Source: Planctomycetota bacterium (lineage in GTDB: Bacteria > Planctomycetota > UBA1135 > UBA2386). Taken from it: a DNA stretch of 64,000 nt. The stretch is from contig OZ245838.1 of assembly GCA_965228735.1 (NCBI GenBank), positions 6,336,001 through 6,400,000 of the forward strand, in the 5' to 3' direction. Of the stretch, positions 48,348 to 58,300 are shown piece after piece (the stretch's first letter is position 1; each line of letters starts with the position of its first letter). The notes under the pieces are model-generated. The model saw only the letters and a list, made by a program, of their open reading frames with translations, ran no database searches and was not told where the DNA came from. The position numbers and the translations under genes are program-made.

Positions 48348-49870
48348 GTGCCGTTCGGGTCTACGTGCCGCGGGACAGCGCGGCGAAGTCGATCGGCGCG
48401 GACGAGGTGGCGCAGGCGATCGCCCAAGCGGCCGGTGACGCCGCGCAGATCGTGCGGAACGGCTCGCGCGGCATGCTGTGGCTCGAACCGCTCGTCGAGG
48501 TCGAGACCAAGGTCGGCCGCGTGGCCTACGGGCCGGTCACCGTCGACGACGTTGCCGGGCTGGTCGATGCCGGGCTGCTGGCGGGCGGTGAGCACGCGCT
48601 GCGACTCGGACGCACGGAAGAACTGCCGTGGCTGCGGCGACAGACCCGGCTCACGTTCGCGCGCGTCGGCGTGACGGACCCGCTCGATGCGGACGCCTAC
48701 GTCGCGCACGGCGGCATCGCGGGCCTGAAGAAGGCGCTGGCGATGTCGCCGGCCGAGATCGTCGAGACCGTCGTCGAGTCGGGGCTGCGCGGTCGCGGCG
48801 GCGCCGGGTTCCCCGCCGGCATCAAGTGGCGCACCGTGCTCGAGGCGGCGGGCGAACCGAAGTACGTGGCGTGCAACGCCGACGAGGGTGACTCGGGCAC
48901 GTTCAGCGACCGCATGATCATGGAGGGCGATCCGTTCCTCCTGCTCGAGGGCATGGCGATCACGGGGCTCGCCACGGGCGCGACCGAGGGCTGGATCTAC
49001 CTGCGGTCGGAGTATCCGGACGCGCTCGAGGTGCTCGAGGCGGCGATCGCGACGGCGCGCGAACGTGGCTGGATCGGCGACGACGTGCTCGGCAGCGGCA
49101 AGCGCTTCGAGATCGTTCTGCGGCTCGGCGCGGGCAGCTACGTCTGCGGCGAGGAGACCGCGATGCTCGAGAGCCTCGAGGGCAAGCGCGGCATCGTGCG
49201 GCAGAAGCCGCCGTTGCCCGCGCACGAGGGGCTCTGGGGCAAGCCGACGGTCGTGAACAACGTGATGACGCTCGCGGCCGTGCCGTGGATCGTCGAGCAC
49301 GGCGGTGCGGCCTACGCGGCGCACGGCGTCGGTCGCAGCACGGGCACGCTGCCGGTGCAGCTCGCCGGCAACATCAAGCAGGGCGGGCTCGTCGAGGTGC
49401 CGTTCGGCATCACGCTCCGTGAGCTCATCGAGGATCTCGGCGGCGGCACCGCGAGCGGCCGGCCGATCCGCACGATCCAGGTCGGCGGCCCGCTCGGCGC
49501 CTACCTGCCCCCGGAGAAGTTCGACACGGCGCTCGACTACGAGGCGCTGACCGCGGCCGGCGGCCTGCTCGGTCACGGCGGTATCGTCGTCTTCGACGAC
49601 ACCGTCGACATGGCCGCGATGGCGCGCTACGCGATGGAGTTCTGCGCGCTCGAATCATGCGGCAAGTGCACCCCGTGTCGCATCGGCAGCACGCGCGGCG
49701 CCGAGGTCATCGACCGCATCGTCCAGAACGTCGACCGCGACCAGAACACCGAACTGCTGCAGGACCTCTGCACGACGATGAAGGACGCCTCGCTGTGCGC
49801 AATGGGCGGGCTCACCCCGCTGCCCGTCCTGAGCGCCCTCGAGCACTTCGGCGAAGACTTCCGACGGTAG
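48344..49870 (+). CDS. fdsB: NAD-dependent formate dehydrogenase beta subunit (NuoF-like)
   Basis: RNGSRGMLWLEPLVEV, GLRGRGGAGFP.G.KW, CNADEGDSGTF, ESCGKCTPCRIG. Confidence 0.95.
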   Translation: MSAVRVYVPRDSAAKSIGADEVAQAIAQAAGDAAQIVRNGSRGMLWLEPLVEVETKVGRVAYGPVTVDDVAGLVDAGLLAGGEHALRLGRTEELPWLRRQTRLTFARVGVTDPLDADAYVAHGGIAGLKKALAMSPAEIVETVVESGLRGRGGAGFPAGIKWRTVLEAAGEPKYVACNADEGDSGTFSDRMIMEGDPFLLLEGMAITGLATGATEGWIYLRSEYPDALEVLEAAIATARERGWIGDDVLGSGKRFEIVLRLGAGSYVCGEETAMLESLEGKRGIVRQKPPLPAHEGLWGKPTVVNNVMTLAAVPWIVEHGGAAYAAHGVGRSTGTLPVQLAGNIKQGGLVEVPFGITLRELIEDLGGGTASGRPIRTIQVGGPLGAYLPPEKFDTALDYEALTAAGGLLGHGGIVVFDDTVDMAAMARYAMEFCALESCGKCTPCRIGSTRGAEVIDRIVQNVDRDQNTELLQDLCTTMKDASLCAMGGLTPLPVLSALEHFGEDFRR

Positions 49871-49872
49871 GG

Positions 49873-50045
49873 ACCCGTACGGAACCAGCACCCGTACGGA
49901 ACCAGGTTCATGCTGCCGGCCGCCGGAACGCTACCCGCGAGGTAAACCGCTCGCGGCCGGCAGCATGAACCTGGTTCCGTACGGGCTCAGCGAGGTAAAC
50001 CGCTCGCGGCCGGCAGCATGAACCTGGTTCCGTACGGGCTCAGCG
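49873..50045. repeat. REPIN/MITE-like hairpin with partial duplications
   Basis: Perfect 33-bp inverted repeat (49891-49923 / 49953-49985). Exact 53-bp tandem duplication (49937-49989, 49990-50042). Extra 16-nt left-end copy at 49873. Confidence 0.9.
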
Positions 50046-52247
50046 GATCGGGCCGAGGAACAGGAAGCCGTTGAGTTCGCCGCCTTCGACTGCGCCGATG
50101 CCGACGTGCAGCGGCGCGATGTTGAGGTCGACGGCGACGAAGCCGCTGCCGCCGACGAGCATGTCCTCGAACTGGTCGTCGCGCTGCGCCCAGGCGCCGC
50201 CGAGCTCGATCGAGGCGCCGACGAAGATCGGGGCGATGCCCTCGTAGATGCGATGCCGGGCCATCACGGTGCCGAACGCGACGTGCTGGCCCGAGATCGA
50301 GCCCGCCGGCAGGCCGGACAGCTGCAGGAAGCCGCCGATCGCCGACCGCGCGTAGCCGGGCCGGGTTTCGCTCAGCGTCGTGTCGTAGGCGGCGATCCCG
50401 GTCAGCGTGAAGTCGGTCCAGGTCGCGGCCTGGAGCCAGGTCAACGCGATCGCCTGGTAGTCCGCGTTGCCGCCCAGGCTTTCGAACCCGGTACTGTAGG
50501 CGAGGGACGCGAGCGTGCCGTCGCTCGGGAACAGGCCCCGGTCGAGCGTGTCGACGACGAGCTCGGCGCGGAACACGCTGTCGTCGAACTCGATCGTCGG
50601 GATCGCGGTTCCCGCGATGTTGAGGCCGACGTCGATGCGGCCGTGGGCCCGGCGCCAGCCGACGCGGAGCTCGGCGCACGAGTTGATCTGCGTGCCGATG
50701 TCGAGCCCACCCGCGAGGTACTCGAACGTCGTCTCGCCGAGCTTCTCGCTGCCGGCGTAGGCATCGGCGGAGGCTTCGATCGCGGCCACGGTCGGCGCGA
50801 CGAACAGTGTCCGGTCCGCGAAGAGCGGCTGGTAGAACTCGAACTCCACGCGCGACTGCAGCCCGATCCCGAGCGACGTGCGAAACTCCGCGCCGAGGGC
50901 GTTGAGGTGTTTCGCCGTGTGCAACGCCTGGATCTGATAGCTCGACGCGTCCTGGAAGTTCGACTGCAGCTGGAGCCCGACCGCGAGCGTGTCGACGCCC
51001 CACTCCTTGTCCTCCGGGCGCACGACGAGATCGGCTTCACCGCCCGCGACGTTCTCGAACGCGAACCCGATGCGCTGCACGTCGTCGGTGCCGTAGAGCG
51101 TGGCGATACCGGCGCGGAGCCGAGTCTCCTCGACTGGTTGCCCCGGCTCGACGCCGAGCCGCGCGCGCAGCACCGGGTCGGGGATGCTGCTCCGGTTGTC
51201 GAGCAGGATCTCGCGAATGCGTGGCAGCGCCCGGTCGGTGCGGCGCTGGCGCTGCAGGAATCGCGCGTATTCCGCCTCGCTGACCGCGAAGCGCCGCAGA
51301 TCGGCGGCAGCCGCCGCCGCCGCGGCCTTGCCGAGGGCGATCAACTCGGCGGCGCGGGCGAACTGTGTCGCGGTGATGTCGCCCAGCTCGGGTTGGATCA
51401 GAAGGTCGCGGTCGGTCAGGCTCGCGAGGCTGCGGTCCACGTTCTGCTGCGTGAGGATCGCGAACATCTGCGTCGTGACGTCGACCAGGTCGGCGACCGC
51501 GTCCTCGTCGGCCAGCGGCGCGCCGATGTCGACGGCGATCACGACGTCGCAGCCGAGCGCGCGCGCGACTTCGATCGGGACGTTGTTCGTGAGGCCGCCG
51601 TCCAGCAGTTCGCGGCCGCCGATTCGCGCGGGGGCGAACACGCCCGGCACCGACATGCTCGCGCGCATCGCCATGGCCAGGTTGCCGTCACCGAGCACGA
51701 CCTGGGCGCCCGTGCCGAGCGCAACCGCGACGCAGCGGAACGGCAGCGGCAGTTCGTCGAAGGTGTCGAGGTCGTGGGCCGCAGTGGTGAGAAAGCGCAG
51801 CTCGGTCTCGAGGTTCTGGCCCTGGATCCAGCCCTTCGGCAGCCCGATCTTCCAGCCGTCGACGCCGAAGCGGTTGGCGCCGACGATGCCGCGCGACTCC
51901 TCCTTGCGGCGGTAGTCGAGCGCCTTGCGCCCGTCGCCGTCGCTCAGCAGGTAGTCCCAGTCGCGGTCGCTGCCCTCGCGCGTGAGCATCCGCTCGAGTT
52001 CGCGCGGCGAGTAGCCGTAGGCGTAGAGGCCGCCGACGATCGACCCCATGCTCGTGCCGACGACGCAGTCGACGGGTACGCGGAGTTCTTCCATGACCTG
52101 CAGGACACCGGCGTGCGCGGCGCCGCGCGCGCCGCCGCCGCTCAGCACGAGGCCGATGCGCGGCCGTTCCTGCGATGCTACCGGCGCCGCGGCAAGGAGC
52201 GCGGCGAGGCCGAGGTGCGAGAGTGGGCGTCGGAGGAACGAGGACAT
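50040..52247 (-). CDS. Patatin-like phospholipase with POTRA and Omp85-type barrel (PlpD/type Vd-like)
   Basis: LSGGGARG, GTSMG, DGG catalytic motifs. Signal peptide. C-terminal amphipathic beta strands. Confidence 0.88.
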   Translation of the reverse strand: MSSFLRRPLSHLGLAALLAAAPVASQERPRIGLVLSGGGARGAAHAGVLQVMEELRVPVDCVVGTSMGSIVGGLYAYGYSPRELERMLTREGSDRDWDYLLSDGDGRKALDYRRKEESRGIVGANRFGVDGWKIGLPKGWIQGQNLETELRFLTTAAHDLDTFDELPLPFRCVAVALGTGAQVVLGDGNLAMAMRASMSVPGVFAPARIGGRELLDGGLTNNVPIEVARALGCDVVIAVDIGAPLADEDAVADLVDVTTQMFAILTQQNVDRSLASLTDRDLLIQPELGDITATQFARAAELIALGKAAAAAAAADLRRFAVSEAEYARFLQRQRRTDRALPRIREILLDNRSSIPDPVLRARLGVEPGQPVEETRLRAGIATLYGTDDVQRIGFAFENVAGGEADLVVRPEDKEWGVDTLAVGLQLQSNFQDASSYQIQALHTAKHLNALGAEFRTSLGIGLQSRVEFEFYQPLFADRTLFVAPTVAAIEASADAYAGSEKLGETTFEYLAGGLDIGTQINSCAELRVGWRRAHGRIDVGLNIAGTAIPTIEFDDSVFRAELVVDTLDRGLFPSDGTLASLAYSTGFESLGGNADYQAIALTWLQAATWTDFTLTGIAAYDTTLSETRPGYARSAIGGFLQLSGLPAGSISGQHVAFGTVMARHRIYEGIAPIFVGASIELGGAWAQRDDQFEDMLVGGSGFVAVDLNIAPLHVGIGAVEGGELNGFLFLGPIR

Positions 52248-52403
52248 GACGTCGCGGCAATCGGGCTGCGGTCGCGGCCCGCGCAGCCTACCTTTCGCCG
52301 GTGCGAACGTCAGCCCTGCTGCGGGTGGTAGCGATCCCATGCGCGGCGCGGAGACGGTAGACTCCTGCGCGTCTGCCCTCGCTTGCCCATCCTTCAGGCT
52401 TTC

Positions 52404-55220
52404 ATGCACCAACTCTCCTCCCTGGGCGCCGTCCTCGCGTGCGCCATCGGCTTCTCCGTCTCGGCTCAGGCCCAGGACGAATCGTCACGCATCCGGCTGC
52501 GCTACGAGTCCTTCGATCCGCTCGCCGGCGAGCCCGCCATGCCGGCGACGCTGCAGAGCCGCGGTGACGAGCGCCTCTTCATCGTCCAGTTCGCCGGCAC
52601 GCCGACGCAGGTCGGTCGCGACGGCATCGACCAGGCCGGTGGTCAGGTCCACGGCTACCTGCCGGACAACGCCTACGTCGTTCGCATGGGCGAACCGAAC
52701 GCCGATGCCGTCCGGTCGCTGCCGACCGTGCGCTGGGTCGGTCGCTACCACGCGGCGTTCCGCCTCGATCCGGCGCTCATCACCGCCATGCAGAACGGTG
52801 ACGTCGAGCGCGCGCGCTACAACATGGTCGTCGTCGACAAGCACAACGACAAGCCGGCGCTCGCGGCCAACATCCGAGCACTCGGTGGCGTGGTCGAGGA
52901 CGAGCACTTCGGCAGCCTGCTGTTCTCGGCGACGCTGACGCAGGATCAGCTCGTGGCGACGGCGCACCTCGACGAGGTGCTCTGGATCGATGCCTGGACG
53001 CCGGACGAGATCGACGTCGACAACGCCCGCATCCAGGGTGGCGCCAACCACGTCGAGTCGCAGGCCGGCTACACGGGTGCCACGATCAACCTGCACATCT
53101 ACGAAGGCATCGACGTCAATCACCCGGCCTACTCGGGGCCGGTCATCAACGTCAACAGCGGCGGTGCGAACTCGGGCCACGGCACGAACACGGCCGGCAT
53201 CGTCTTCGGCAACGGCACGGGCAACCCGCAGTTCCGCGGCTTCGCGCCCGACGCGGGCAAGTTCTACACCAACTACAGCTCGGTCACGACGTCGCGCTGG
53301 CAGGTGTGCAGCGACCTCATCAACGTGCACGACGTGAGTCACACGACCGCGTCATGGGGTGGTGGCCGCACGTTCTTCTACACCTCGGTCTCGGCCGAGA
53401 CGGACGACATCATCTTCGACCACGACATCGCGTGGACGCAGAGCCAGAGCAACGCGGGCAACCAGGACTCGCGGCCGCAGGCCTGGGCGAAGAACATCTT
53501 CTCGATCGGCGGCGTGCGCCACGGCAACAACGCCGATCCGCTCGACGACAGCTGGAGCAACAGCGGCAGCACCGGCCCGGCCCAGGACGGCCGCATCAAG
53601 CCGACGCTCGCCGCCTACTACGATCAGATCGGCACGACCAGCAGCGGCGGTGGCTACACCACGAGCTTCGGCGGCACCTCGGGCGCGACGCCGATCGTGG
53701 CCGGCCACAATGCCCTCGCGATCGAGATGTTCGCCGACGACAGCGGCAGCCCGGGCGTGAACCCGTTCGGCAATCCGCTGCGCGTCCCGGGTGGCACGAC
53801 GCACCAGAACCGGCCGCACTTCACGACGCTGAAGTGCATGCAGGTCGGAAGCGCCGCGCAGTACGCGTTCAATGCGGCCAGCACGGACAACCGTCGCGAG
53901 CACGTGGGCTGGGGCTTCCCCAACCTGCGCAAGCTCTGGGACAACCGCATGAAGACGCTGATCGTCGACGAGACGGACGTCCTGACGCAGGGGCAGAGCA
54001 CCTCGTACACGATCGTCGTGCCGGCGGGTGAGAACAGCTTCCAGGCCGTGCTGCACTACGCCGAGGTCGCCGGCAACCCGTCGGCGCAGAGCCAGCTCGT
54101 CAACAACATGTCGCTGCGCGTCACGTCGCCGAACAACACGGTCTACTGGGGCAACAACGGTCTCGAGCAGGGCAACTGGTCGGTCGCCGGCGGCAGTGAG
54201 GACAACACCAACCCGATCGAGTGCGTCTTCGTGCAGGATCCGGCGCCCGGCAACTGGACCGTCGAGGTCCTCGCGACCGCCATCGTCGTCGACAACCACG
54301 TCGAGACGGCGGCCGTCGATGCCGACTACGGTCTGTTCGTCTCGAGCTCGCGTGACCCGGTGTTCGCGACGTTCGACAAGTACGGTCAGGGCTGCCCCGG
54401 TTCGGTCGTGGAGCCCTATTGCGCCGGACTCAACGAGAACGGTGGTTCGCTCACGAACAACACGAACACCTATGAGTACTGCTTCGTCGTGAGCGGCCTC
54501 GGCAGCGCGCAGGTGCAGAGCTTCGACATCTACACCTACTCCAACTCCGGCACGCTCAACCGTCCGGCCCACATCTACCTGCCGAGCGGCAACGGTCCGA
54601 GCACGACGCCGCTGGCGACGACGACGATCACCGTCGGCTCGACGCCCGGGTTCTACACCGCGACGTTCAACCCGCCGGTCGCCGTGAACGGCACGTTCTA
54701 CATCGGCTACGAGAACTCGCCTGGTGGCATCATCTCGAACCTGAGCTCCGGCGCGACCGGCACGGGCTACTACCGCACCGCGGTGACGGGCTCGTGGAAC
54801 CAATCGAGCCTCGTGCAGCGGCCGTCGTGGCGCGTCAGCTGCAGCAACGGTGGCTTCGCGGCGCCGTCGCTCGGCAACGTCGGGTTGCCGGTGATGGGCA
54901 CGAGCTACGACGTCACGCTCGCCGACGCCGCGGCCTCGGCCGCGACGTTCTCGCTGACCGGGTTCTCGGACACGGTCTACCAGGGCACGGCGCTGCCGGC
55001 GCCGATCCCGGGCGCGCCGGGCTGCGACATCTACGCGGCGCCGGACTTCACGCAGCTGATGTTCACGTCGGCTGCCGGCACCGCGTCGGCGACCTACGCC
55101 GTGCCGACCTCGATGACGTTCCTCGGCTTCGACATCTACCACCAGTGGGCGGTGCTCGACGCGGTCAACTCGATCGGCATCGTGGTGTCCGAGGCCGGCA
55201 AGGCCTCGATCGGGCAGTAG
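52404..55220 (+). CDS. Secreted S8 (subtilase) serine peptidase with prodomain and the shared C-terminal domain
   Basis: GYLPDNAY prodomain, HGTNTAG, STGP.QDGRIKP, FGGTSGATP, GWG.P. Confidence 0.88.
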   Translation: MHQLSSLGAVLACAIGFSVSAQAQDESSRIRLRYESFDPLAGEPAMPATLQSRGDERLFIVQFAGTPTQVGRDGIDQAGGQVHGYLPDNAYVVRMGEPNADAVRSLPTVRWVGRYHAAFRLDPALITAMQNGDVERARYNMVVVDKHNDKPALAANIRALGGVVEDEHFGSLLFSATLTQDQLVATAHLDEVLWIDAWTPDEIDVDNARIQGGANHVESQAGYTGATINLHIYEGIDVNHPAYSGPVINVNSGGANSGHGTNTAGIVFGNGTGNPQFRGFAPDAGKFYTNYSSVTTSRWQVCSDLINVHDVSHTTASWGGGRTFFYTSVSAETDDIIFDHDIAWTQSQSNAGNQDSRPQAWAKNIFSIGGVRHGNNADPLDDSWSNSGSTGPAQDGRIKPTLAAYYDQIGTTSSGGGYTTSFGGTSGATPIVAGHNALAIEMFADDSGSPGVNPFGNPLRVPGGTTHQNRPHFTTLKCMQVGSAAQYAFNAASTDNRREHVGWGFPNLRKLWDNRMKTLIVDETDVLTQGQSTSYTIVVPAGENSFQAVLHYAEVAGNPSAQSQLVNNMSLRVTSPNNTVYWGNNGLEQGNWSVAGGSEDNTNPIECVFVQDPAPGNWTVEVLATAIVVDNHVETAAVDADYGLFVSSSRDPVFATFDKYGQGCPGSVVEPYCAGLNENGGSLTNNTNTYEYCFVVSGLGSAQVQSFDIYTYSNSGTLNRPAHIYLPSGNGPSTTPLATTTITVGSTPGFYTATFNPPVAVNGTFYIGYENSPGGIISNLSSGATGTGYYRTAVTGSWNQSSLVQRPSWRVSCSNGGFAAPSLGNVGLPVMGTSYDVTLADAAASAATFSLTGFSDTVYQGTALPAPIPGAPGCDIYAAPDFTQLMFTSAAGTASATYAVPTSMTFLGFDIYHQWAVLDAVNSIGIVVSEAGKASIGQ

Positions 55221-55335
55221 TCTCGGACTCCCGGGGGCGGGCCGTGCCGGTCCCCGGGTAGGCTGACGATCGCGTTTTCTCGCGATCGGCGTCATACCTC
55301 GGCCCGCCGACCCACTGGCCGGTCGAGGTGACTCG

Positions 55336-58300
55336 ATGACGACCTACGACACTCCCGACGCGCCGCTCGTGGTCGCGGCGTTCCTGGCCCGTTACTTCGC
55401 CGACGCCGAAGCCGGCACGGTTCGCGATCGCAGCGCCTACGAGGCTCTGTTCCCCGGTTTCGCCGCGGTCGTGGCCGCGGAGTACGACCGGCTCGAGCGC
55501 GACCGCGAGGCCGCTGCCAGGCCCGCGGCGCGATCCGACGAGGTCGCGGGCGAACGGCTCGGCGGCTACCGCATCGAGCGTGAGCTCGGACGGGGCGGCC
55601 AGGGGATCGTCTATCTCGCGGTCGACGAACGTCTCGATCGACGCGTCGCGCTCAAGGTTCTGCCGGGCGCATACTCGGCGACCGTGGCGCGGCAGCGGCT
55701 GCTGCGCGAGGCGCAGGCCGCTTCCCGGCTCGACGATCCGGGCATCTGCACCGTCTACGATGCCGGCGAGGAGGACGGGGTCGCGTTCATCGCGATGCAG
55801 CTGGTCGAGGGCGAGAGCTTCGCGGATCGGATCGAACGGGAGCGGCGGGCTGGCAACGCACCGTCGGCCCTGGCGGCGGCGGAGCGTGTGCGCGAGTTGC
55901 TCGCGGCGTTCGAGGCCGTCCTGCGGTCGCTGCACCGGGCGCACGAGAAGGGGCTCGTCCACCGCGACGTCAAGCCGAGCAACCTGATGCTCGCCGCGGA
56001 CGGCACGCCGCGGATCCTCGACTTCGGCCTCGCGTCGTTCGACGATCACCCCGACGGTTCGCTGACGGGCGAGGTCGCGCTCGGCACACCGGCCTACATG
56101 TCGCCGGAACAGCTGACGGCGCGCGAGGGGCGGGTCGACGCGCGCTCCGACGTCTTCTCGCTCGCGGTGACCTTCTACGAGGTGCTGACGCTCGCGCACC
56201 CGTTCGAGGCGCCGACGCGCGAACGGCTCTACCAGCACATTCTCCAGGGCGAGCCGCGCGCGCTGCGCCGTGTGCTCCCGGGCCTGCCGAAGGACCTCGA
56301 CGTCGCGTTGCAGTGTGCGCTCGCGAAGGACCGGACGCGGCGGTACGCGACCGCGCTCGCGTTCGCCGAGGACCTGCGCGCCGTGCGGCTGCGCGAGCCG
56401 ATTGCGGCCCGCCCGGTCGGTTGGCCCGGGCGCACGCTGCGCTGGGCGCAGCGTAATCCGGTCGTGGCCGGGCTCGCCGCGCTGCTGTTCGTCACGCTCA
56501 CGGCGTCGGCGGTGTTCTTCGCGATGCAGAGCGCCCGGCTCGGCGACGCGCTGCGCGCGACGGAGGACTCGCGCGCCACCGCCGCCAGCGCACTCGTCCG
56601 CGAACGCGCTGCCCGCGAACGGGCCGAGGGCCTGCACCTCGTCGGCATGGCGCGGTCGCAGCTCGGCGAGGACCCGGAGCTCGCGCTGCTGCTCGCGCGG
56701 GCGAGTCGGCGACGGCTCGATCATCATCTGACGCGCAGCACGCTGCGCGCAGCTCTCGAACGCTGGCAGCCGCGGCCGTTCGTGCCGGGCGTCGACGCGG
56801 CGAGCTGGGTGCGGCTCGAGCCGGGCGGGCAGCGCGTCGCCATCGGCAACGGCGACGAGGTCGTGCTGTTCGATCGCCGGACGAACGCGGAGATCGCGCG
56901 GCTGCCGTGCCCCGGTGCGTCGTCGAGCCGGCTGTGGTGGTCGGACGACGGCGCGCACTTCGTGCTCGCGCCGGGCAACGACCTCAACCGCTACGTCGAC
57001 GGCACGGTCGCGGACGGACCGTTGACCGTCACGCTGCACGATGGTGCGACGGGTGCGCAGCTCGCCGAGCTCGGTGGCCATCGCGGCCGGCTCACCGCGG
57101 TCGACTTCGAGGCCGGCTGGGTCGCGACCGGCGACAGCGCACCACAGATCGCCGCGCCGCGCGGCGGCACGGTGCGGGTGTTCGAGCTCGCCGCAGCGAC
57201 GGCAGGTCCCGCGTTCGAACTCGACGGTGCGGGCCAGGGCGTCGCGATCGTGCGCTTCTTCGGCCCCGAGCGCGCCGGCCGCTGGCCGGACCTCGAGGTC
57301 GTGAGTCGTGACGGTGAGTTCCGGCGCTTGCAGGGCGGTCGCGGCGTCGTGCTCGAATCGCGTCGGCTCGTCGAGCCTGGCACGAAGCGCCTGCCGGAGC
57401 TCCATCTCGGGAGGTCCGGCGAGGTGTTCGTGCGTGCGGCCGACGAACTCCGGCGGTACGAGGCGCGCACGGACGACGAGCCGACGGTCGGGCCGCGGAC
57501 CGCCGGGGCCCACATGCTCACGCACGCGGGCGGCCTGGTGTGCTGGAGCGACACGGCCGCCGTGCTCGTCGATGCGGGCAGCCTGGAGCGGCTGCGTGAA
57601 TTCGTCATGCCGCCGCGCGAGATCGTGCAGCTCGACATGGGGCGCCAGATCGCCGCGCAGGCGTCGTTCACGAGCACGACGCGCACGACGTTCTACGAGA
57701 CGACCGCGGTCGCGGCGTTCGCCGATGGCTCGTGTCGGGTGTGGTCCCTGCCGACCGGCGAGTTCCGCGACGTCCCGCCGATCGGCGGTGGCATCGTCGC
57801 TGCGGATTTCGCGCAGCAGGGCGCGGTCGCGGCGGTCATCGACCCGACCGGCCGCGTGCGCACGTTCGAGCTGTTCGGCGCCCCGTTGTTGCCGGCGGTG
57901 ACGGGGGTGACCGATCATACGTTCGACGCGCTGCACCCGGATGGCCGGCGGGTGGTGACCTTCCGTGACGGCGACGCTCTCTGCGTCGACCTCGCGACGG
58001 CCGCGGTCCTCTGGGAAGTCGATCCGCGCGCGGGCGCGCAGTTCGAAGTCGCGACCTGGAGTCCGGACGGCGCGGTCTGCGCGATCGGTGCTGACGACGG
58101 GGAAGTTCGCCTCGTTCGGGCCCTCGACGGGTCGGTCGAGCACCGGATCGCAGGTGCGGGCCGTGAGGTGCTCGAGCTGTCGTTCTCTGCGGACGGCCGC
58201 ACCCTCGCACTCTCGCGCCACGGGGTCGAGTTCTGCGACCGCGAGTCCGGTGAGCTACGCCCGGCGCCGGCTGCGATCGGGGAGCATGCGGTCAGCGTCG

